From NCBI GenBank assembly GCA_963843575.1, contig CAWJKZ010000013.1:384001-448000 (forward strand): a stretch of 64,000 nt of DNA. The letters run 5' to 3'. Source of the DNA: an uncultured Acidobacteriota bacterium (GTDB lineage Bacteria; Acidobacteriota; UBA6911). Below are positions 58,375 to 64,000 of this stretch, one piece after another (positions within the stretch are counted from its first letter, which is position 1; every line of letters begins with the position of its first letter). The notes below the pieces were generated by a model. The model searched no databases and was not told where the DNA came from. It saw nothing but the letters and a program-made list of their open reading frames with translations. Both the position numbers and the translations under genes were made by a program.

Positions 58375-59247
58375 ATGCCTCCCCCTGCGCCGCGACGGCA
58401 CTTCCAGATGAAGGTGAGGGACAGGGTCCTCGAGCTCGGCTCCCGAACCCTGGTCATGGGCATCCTGAACGTCACGCCGGACTCCTTTTCCGACGCCGGA
58501 CGCTACCTTGAACCGGAGAAGGCCATCCGGCGCGCCTGGGAGATAAAGGACGAGGGCGCCGACCTGCTCGACATCGGTGCGGAATCGACCCGGCCCGGGT
58601 CACGGGGGGTAAGCGCAGAGGAGGAGGCTCGAAGGCTCCTGCCCGTCCTCGATGCGCTCGCGGCGGATTACCCCCTCCCCATTTCGGTCGACACATCCAA
58701 GCCTCAGATCGCCCTTGCCGCCCTGCAGCGTGGCGTCTCGTTTATCAACGACGTGCGGGCCGCCCGGGACGAGCCGGAGCTGGCCGCCCACGTCGCACAG
58801 TTTGGGGCGGGCCTCGTCCTCATGAACATGCGTGGGGAGCCCCAGACCATGCAGACTATTCCACACAGCCCTGACATTCTGGCGGAATTGGAGTTATGGG
58901 CCGAGGAAGCGGTTGCGTGCGCGAGAAACTGTAGTGTATCCTCGGAAAAGATCATCCTCGATCCGGGGATCGGTTTCGGCAAGTCCGTCGCGCAGAACCT
59001 GGAGATCCTCCGTAACCTGGATCGCCTGGCAGCCACCGGTTTTCCCCTCATGGTGGGGACCTCGCGAAAATCCTTTATCGGAGCCCTCTTGAAAAACCCG
59101 GCGGCCGACCGGATCTGGGGAACCGCAGCGACGGTGGCCGCCGCGGTATTGTGTGGGGCCCACATCGTCCGGGTGCACGACGTGGCGTCGATGCGGGATG
59201 TCGCCCTTGTTGCGGATGCGTTGACAGCCGGGGGAAACAGCGAGTGA
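58375..59247 (+). CDS. folP: Dihydropteroate synthase
   Basis: MGILNVTPDSFSD, DIGAESTRPG, DPGIGFGK, GTSRKS, VRVHDV. Confidence 0.95.
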   Translation: MPPPAPRRHFQMKVRDRVLELGSRTLVMGILNVTPDSFSDAGRYLEPEKAIRRAWEIKDEGADLLDIGAESTRPGSRGVSAEEEARRLLPVLDALAADYPLPISVDTSKPQIALAALQRGVSFINDVRAARDEPELAAHVAQFGAGLVLMNMRGEPQTMQTIPHSPDILAELELWAEEAVACARNCSVSSEKIILDPGIGFGKSVAQNLEILRNLDRLAATGFPLMVGTSRKSFIGALLKNPAADRIWGTAATVAAAVLCGAHIVRVHDVASMRDVALVADALTAGGNSE

Positions 59248-60098
59248 ATGGAGTCCTGGCAACGACCGACACATTCCTGTTCGCGGCGGGATTTTTGGCC
59301 TGGGTGGGAACGTGGCAGCAGTACATCCGGGACGCCATCGACATCGCACTGGTCGCTTACATCCTGTACCGCTTCCTGCTGCTCGTCCGGGGTACGCGCG
59401 GGGCGCAGATGACGATCGGGATGGTGGTTCTGCTCGGGTTTTACTACGCGACCCGCTTCTACCGCCTCACCACGGTGCAGTGGCTGCTGAACAACCTCCT
59501 GACCTACGTCGTCTTCGGCATCATCGTGCTGTACCAGAGCGAGATCCGCCGCGGGCTCGCCGGCCTTGGGATGACGTCGTTTTTCGGCCGTCATCGCAAG
59601 GCGGACAAGAAATCCGGTTTCGAGGAAATCATCCTGGCCGCCACGACGCTGGCGTCGAAGAAGATCGGGGCGCTCGTCGTGGTCGAACGGGACATCGGGC
59701 TGCGCAACTACGCCGAGAGCGGGATCGCGCTCGACGCGGTCTTGACCTACGACCTCCTGGTGACCATCTTCAGCCCGAACACCCCGCTGCACGACGGCGC
59801 CGTGATCGTGCAGCAGAACCGCATCATCGCGGCGGGCTGCTTCCTGCCGCTGACGCTGGACCCGCACCTCAGCAAGGAATTGGGCACCCGGCACCGCGCC
59901 GCCATCGGGATCACGGAGGAGACTGACGCGGTGGCCGTCATCGTGTCGGAAGAGACGGGCATCATCTCCGCCGCCATCGGCGGCAACATCACCCGCAACC
60001 TGGACGGCACCGGATTGCGCAGCATCCTGCGCAGCGCCATGGAGAACCGCACGGCGCGCATCCCCGAATCGCTGGGAGAACGCCAGGAAGTCGTATGA
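59244..60098 (+). CDS. dacA: Diadenylate cyclase CdaA/DacA
   Basis: Three TM helices, PLHDGA, GTRHRAAIG, VSEETG. Confidence 0.93.
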   Translation: MNGVLATTDTFLFAAGFLAWVGTWQQYIRDAIDIALVAYILYRFLLLVRGTRGAQMTIGMVVLLGFYYATRFYRLTTVQWLLNNLLTYVVFGIIVLYQSEIRRGLAGLGMTSFFGRHRKADKKSGFEEIILAATTLASKKIGALVVVERDIGLRNYAESGIALDAVLTYDLLVTIFSPNTPLHDGAVIVQQNRIIAAGCFLPLTLDPHLSKELGTRHRAAIGITEETDAVAVIVSEETGIISAAIGGNITRNLDGTGLRSILRSAMENRTARIPESLGERQEVV

Positions 60099-61024
60099 GG
60101 GACTGGATCCGAAGGCTGTTTCTGGAGAACTGGAGCCTGAAGGTCGCCGCCCTCGCCATATCGTGTTTCCTCTGGTTCGTCGTGCGGGGCGACTCGGGCT
60201 CCGAGCGGGTCATCACGGTGCCGCTGGAGGTTCGCATCCCGAGGAACATGGAAATCACTAACGAGCGCCCCAGCACGGTCGACGTCACGATACGGGGACC
60301 GGCCGGGAACATCATGTGGTTCGGCCAGTCGGTTCCGGTCTGCAGCGTCGACCTGCAGGACGTCGAGGAGGGGGAACACACGATCCCGCTCGCGGTGCGC
60401 AACCTGCAGATGCCGCGCGGGCTCGAGGTGATCGCCATCCGGCCGACCCGCGTGCGGCTGGTGCTGGAGCGGACAACCTCGAAGGAGGTCCCGGTGCTGG
60501 CGCAGCTGGGCGAACCGGACCCGGAACTGGACGTCTACGGCGTTTCGCTCAACCCGTCCCGGGTCGTGATCACGGGGCCGCGCAGCCACATCCAGGGCGT
60601 GCACGACGTCCCGACCGAGCGCATCACCCTGGCCGGGCAGCGCGACTCCGTCCGGAGTTTCGTGAACCTCAACATCCGTGACATGGCGATCCACACCACC
60701 CCGGCCGGCCCGATCGAGGTCGCGGTTGAGCTGGGTCCCCACCGCACGCTTCGGACCGTTTCGCGAATCCCGGTGCTCGTCGACGACTCGTCGGTCGCGG
60801 TCTTGCCCTCACACGTCTCGGTGAGCGTCCTGGCCCCCCCGTCGCTCGGGTCCGCATTGCAGCCGGACGACTTCGTCGCCACCGTCAGCGCGGCCGCCCT
60901 GGAACCGTCCAAACGGCTCACCCGGGTGAAGCCGACGGTGAGGTTGAAGGAACCGCGCGACCCGGCTGTCGTAGTAAAGAATGTGCCCGAAGTGACCCTC
61001 CGCCGGGGAACAAAGCCCCGCTGA
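60095..61024 (+). CDS. cdaR: CdaR/YbbR-like regulator
   Basis: ENWSLKVAALAISCFLWFVV TM helix followed by YbbR-like beta repeats; coupled to dacA. Confidence 0.85.
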   Translation: MRDWIRRLFLENWSLKVAALAISCFLWFVVRGDSGSERVITVPLEVRIPRNMEITNERPSTVDVTIRGPAGNIMWFGQSVPVCSVDLQDVEEGEHTIPLAVRNLQMPRGLEVIAIRPTRVRLVLERTTSKEVPVLAQLGEPDPELDVYGVSLNPSRVVITGPRSHIQGVHDVPTERITLAGQRDSVRSFVNLNIRDMAIHTTPAGPIEVAVELGPHRTLRTVSRIPVLVDDSSVAVLPSHVSVSVLAPPSLGSALQPDDFVATVSAAALEPSKRLTRVKPTVRLKEPRDPAVVVKNVPEVTLRRGTKPR

Positions 61025-61076
61025 CCGATGGGACGTGAGAACGGCCGGGTGAACCGCCGTCGCCGCCGGGTTTGAT

Positions 61077-62228
61077 ATGGAACGGACCAGCCTCAGCCAG
61101 CGCCTGTACGAAATTGCCCGCCGGTTCGACGACCGCACCCGCGCCGCGGGCGGCGTTCGCGGTCTGTTCACGGAGGGCGTGACGCGCGACGCCCTCCGCG
61201 ACCTGGTCGAACGGGATCCGCGCGAGACCTACCGGTTCTTCACCCGGGGCATCGATTTTCAGGCGTTCCAGCACCTCCCCTGGTACCGCCGCTACCCGCT
61301 CGGCGCCTGGAGAGTCTTCATCGCAGCCGCCTACAAGCTCAGCCCGGCCCGCAGGGTTGCGTTCGCCGTCGCGATCGTCGCGTTCCTGATCGGCTGGATC
61401 CAATTCGTGTCCGCCGAGGGAGGCACCGGTTTCGGGTGGTGCTTTCTCGCCGTCTTTCTCCTGTTCGTTCTGCTGATGATGGAGCTGCGCGACAAGCTGA
61501 ACCTCAAGGGGGACCTCGAAATCGCCCGCGAAATCCAGTTCGGGCTCGTTCCTTCCGGCGTCTTCGAGCGGCAGGGCATCACCATCCATTCGCGCATGCG
61601 GCCGGCCAACACCGTCGGAGGCGACTACTACGACATCATCGAACTCCCCGACGACACCGTCGTCTTCGTCGTGGGAGACGTGGCGGGAAAAGGGATGCCC
61701 GCGGCGCTGCTCATGGCGATGCTCCAGGGGAGCATACGAACTTTGATATCCGCGGGCTTTCGCGGTGCCGACGTCATGCGCAAGCTGAACGAGTATCTCT
61801 GTGTCAATATCCCCGTCAACCGCCTCGTCACCCTGTTCTACGGCGAACTCGTTCCCGCTACCGGGGAATTCCGCTATGTCAACGCCGGCCACAACGCCCC
61901 CTGCCTCATCCACGGCGGCGGGTGCGACCGCCTCGATTCCACCGCGACCGTCCTGGGACTCTTCCCGGCGCTGGAATTCGATATGCAGGGTGCGGCGCTG
62001 CACCCCGGCGACCGCCTCGTGCTCTTCACCGACGGCCTGACGGAGGCGTTCAACCCCGCCGAGGAAGAATACGGTGAGGCCAGGCTCAAGGCGTTCCTGC
62101 AATCGCACAAGGATCTGGCGCCGGGCCTGCTCGTCGATCAGCTGATCTCGGACGCGATCGCCTTTTGTGGCGCCGCGCGGCCGGGCGACGACATTACCGT
62201 CATGGCCATAAGCCGCCTGCAAGGGTAA
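61077..62228 (+). CDS. PP2C/SpoIIE (RsbU-like) serine phosphatase with 2 TM helices
   Basis: AREIQ, VGGDYYD, GDVAGKG, NAGHN, FTDGLTE, DDIT. Confidence 0.9.
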   Translation: MERTSLSQRLYEIARRFDDRTRAAGGVRGLFTEGVTRDALRDLVERDPRETYRFFTRGIDFQAFQHLPWYRRYPLGAWRVFIAAAYKLSPARRVAFAVAIVAFLIGWIQFVSAEGGTGFGWCFLAVFLLFVLLMMELRDKLNLKGDLEIAREIQFGLVPSGVFERQGITIHSRMRPANTVGGDYYDIIELPDDTVVFVVGDVAGKGMPAALLMAMLQGSIRTLISAGFRGADVMRKLNEYLCVNIPVNRLVTLFYGELVPATGEFRYVNAGHNAPCLIHGGGCDRLDSTATVLGLFPALEFDMQGAALHPGDRLVLFTDGLTEAFNPAEEEYGEARLKAFLQSHKDLAPGLLVDQLISDAIAFCGAARPGDDITVMAISRLQG

Positions 62229-62242
62229 GGGCAGGGACAAGC

Positions 62243-62432
62243 AAAAACAACAACCTGTCACGGAAGACACGGGAGAATTCGTCCGAGATCGGCGAAACGA
62301 ATTGCGCGCAGTTCATGAAGATTCTCCATCTCCGGTTGGCGCTGAGGCGCCGGGGATTTCGGCCGTCGAACGTATGGGAACAGCGGCGCCGAGACGCCGC
62401 ACTCCATATTTTTCGGGGTTTTTCCGGCGACC
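62243..62432. repeat. Composite repeat: family B arm(s) around a family A REP
   Basis: AAAAACAACAACCTGTCACGGAAGACACGG (29/30 to 4477-4506); AGCGGCGCCGAGACGCCGCACTCCA ending 62406; degenerate right arm TTTTCGGGGTTTTTCCGGCGAC. Confidence 0.75.
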
Positions 62433-62466
62433 GGTGATAAAAAAGCCGGGAAAAGGAGCGACGGCC

Positions 62467-63744
62467 ATGAACAGCAGGGGGAGGATTCTGGCGGCGTTGT
62501 CCCACCGCCCGCCCGACCGGGTACCGATCGACTTCGGCAGCACGGCCGTCACAGGCATGCACGTCAGCTGCGTGGCCGCGCTGCGGGACCACTACGGCCT
62601 GGAGAAGCGCCTGGTCAAGGCGCACGAGCCGTACCAGATGCTCGGCCTGATCGAGGACGACCTCAAGGAAGCGCTCCGCCTCGACGTCGACGGCGTCTCC
62701 GCCCCGAAGACGATGTTCGGATTCCCCAACCGGGACTGGAAGCCGTGGCGCATGCCGGATGGCCTGGAAATCATGGTCTCCGGGGACTTCCGCGTGACGA
62801 CCGCGGACAACGGCGACATCCTGATCTACCCGGAGGGAGACCTGGGCGTCCCCCCCAGCGGTCGCATGCCGCGCGATGGGTACTTCTTCGACACCATCAT
62901 CCGCCAGGAACCGATCGACGACGAGCGGCTCAACCCCGAGGACAATCTCGAGGAGTTCAAGCCGATGCCGGAGCAGGAGGTGCGGGAGCTAGCCGCCGCC
63001 GTGCGCGACTGCGCCGCCGGGGGCCGCGCCGTGATGGTGAACACGGGCGGGACCGCATTCGGGGACATCGCGCTGGTCCCGGCGCCTTTCCTGAAGCACC
63101 CCCGCGGCATACGCGACATCACCGAGTGGTACATCTCCACCCGCACGCGCCGCGACCTGATCCACCGTATCTTCTCGTACCAGAGCGAGGTGGCGCTCGA
63201 CAACCTGAAGCGCTTCAACGACGCGGCGGGGGACGCGGTCGATGCGATCTTCCTCTGCGGCACCGATTTCGGCACCCAGACGTCGACGTTCTGCTCGGTG
63301 GCCACCTTCAACGACCTGTACCTTCCCTACTACAGGAAGTTGAACGACTGGGTCCACGCAAACACGAAATGGAAGACGTTCAAGCACTCGTGCGGGTCCG
63401 TCGAACGCTTTCTCCCCTCGTTTATCGAAGCCGGCTTCGACATCCTCAACCCGGTGCAGTGTTCGGCCGCCGGGATGGACCCCGATCACCTTAAGAACGA
63501 CTTCGGCGACCGGCTCGTCTTCTGGGGCGGCGGGATCGATACGCAGCGTGTGCTGCCGTTCGGGACGCCCGGGGAAGTGCGCCGGCAGGTGCTGGACCGC
63601 TGCCGCATCTTCTCGCGCGGCGGCGGTTTCGTGTTCAACTCGATCCACAACGTGCAGGCGCAGACCCCCGTCGAAAACATCGTCGCCATGATCGACGCCG
63701 TCCACGAATTCAACGGCGACGCCAACTGGAGGCCCGGTTCATGA
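62467..63744 (+). CDS. Uroporphyrinogen decarboxylase / MtaA-CmuA-like family protein
   Basis: PDRVPIDFG, CGTDFGTQ, FKHSCG, LNPVQ, FWGGGIDTQ, FNSIHNVQ. Confidence 0.85.
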   Translation: MNSRGRILAALSHRPPDRVPIDFGSTAVTGMHVSCVAALRDHYGLEKRLVKAHEPYQMLGLIEDDLKEALRLDVDGVSAPKTMFGFPNRDWKPWRMPDGLEIMVSGDFRVTTADNGDILIYPEGDLGVPPSGRMPRDGYFFDTIIRQEPIDDERLNPEDNLEEFKPMPEQEVRELAAAVRDCAAGGRAVMVNTGGTAFGDIALVPAPFLKHPRGIRDITEWYISTRTRRDLIHRIFSYQSEVALDNLKRFNDAAGDAVDAIFLCGTDFGTQTSTFCSVATFNDLYLPYYRKLNDWVHANTKWKTFKHSCGSVERFLPSFIEAGFDILNPVQCSAAGMDPDHLKNDFGDRLVFWGGGIDTQRVLPFGTPGEVRRQVLDRCRIFSRGGGFVFNSIHNVQAQTPVENIVAMIDAVHEFNGDANWRPGS

Positions 63745-64000
63745 AAGCGCTGGTTCTACGGGAGTACAACCGCTTCACCTACGAAGACGTCCCCGTGCCC
63801 GACCCCGGCCCCGAAGAGGTGCTGGTCCGGGTTAAGGCATGCGGCATCTGCGGGAGCGACGTCCACGGCATGGACGGGAGTACCGGCAGGCGCATCCCTC
63901 CCCTGATCATGGGGCACGAGGCGTCGGGGCTCGTGGCCGGGCTCGGCCCGGGCGTCGACCGGTGGGCGGTCGGAGACGGCGTGACCTTCGACTCGACGAT
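63741..64000 (+). CDS. Zinc-dependent alcohol/polyol dehydrogenase (partial, runs off the window)
   Basis: MKALVL, ACGICGSDVH, MGHEASG. Confidence 0.88.
   Translation, partial: MKALVLREYNRFTYEDVPVPDPGPEEVLVRVKACGICGSDVHGMDGSTGRRIPPLIMGHEASGLVAGLGPGVDRWAVGDGVTFDST

Overview
High-GC bacterial chromosome segment, probably Acidobacteriota (inferred from an ADOP-type permease fragment, many Tat-exported TIM-barrel/Gfo proteins and the gene order). It has three zones. (1) 1-19 kb: metabolic and accessory genes (two TA pairs, class III aminotransferase, amidohydrolase, HD hydrolase, MFS, IlvD, glycosylation genes, AAA ATPase, two-component system) peppered with dispersed palindromic REP-like repeats, several of which are translated as protein termini. 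(2) 19-50.2 kb: a REP-free accessory region downstream of tRNA-Leu(CAA). It holds an intact module in which an ECF sigma / soluble zinc anti-sigma / polytopic membrane trio lies between two outward-facing minor-pilin operons, one type IVa-like (FimT-PilV-PilW-large PilX) and one Tad-like (TadE-TadE-TadG). Both operons carry the same ECF-type promoter, with 19 bp identical. A decaying mosaic of pseudogenes, a ParB-carrying IS21 element, gene shards and TA pairs follows. (3) 50.2-64 kb: core genes (tRNA-Leu, carD, CNNM, hemL, hemB, tilS, ftsH, folP, dacA, cdaR, PP2C, UroD-like, Zn-ADH). The best candidate for an undescribed system is the ECF-controlled dual minor-pilin (pilus-tip) cassette, followed by an output-less MshEN-cNMP-GAF protein and the protein-invading REP family. 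All family calls rest on motifs recognised by eye; no searches were run.
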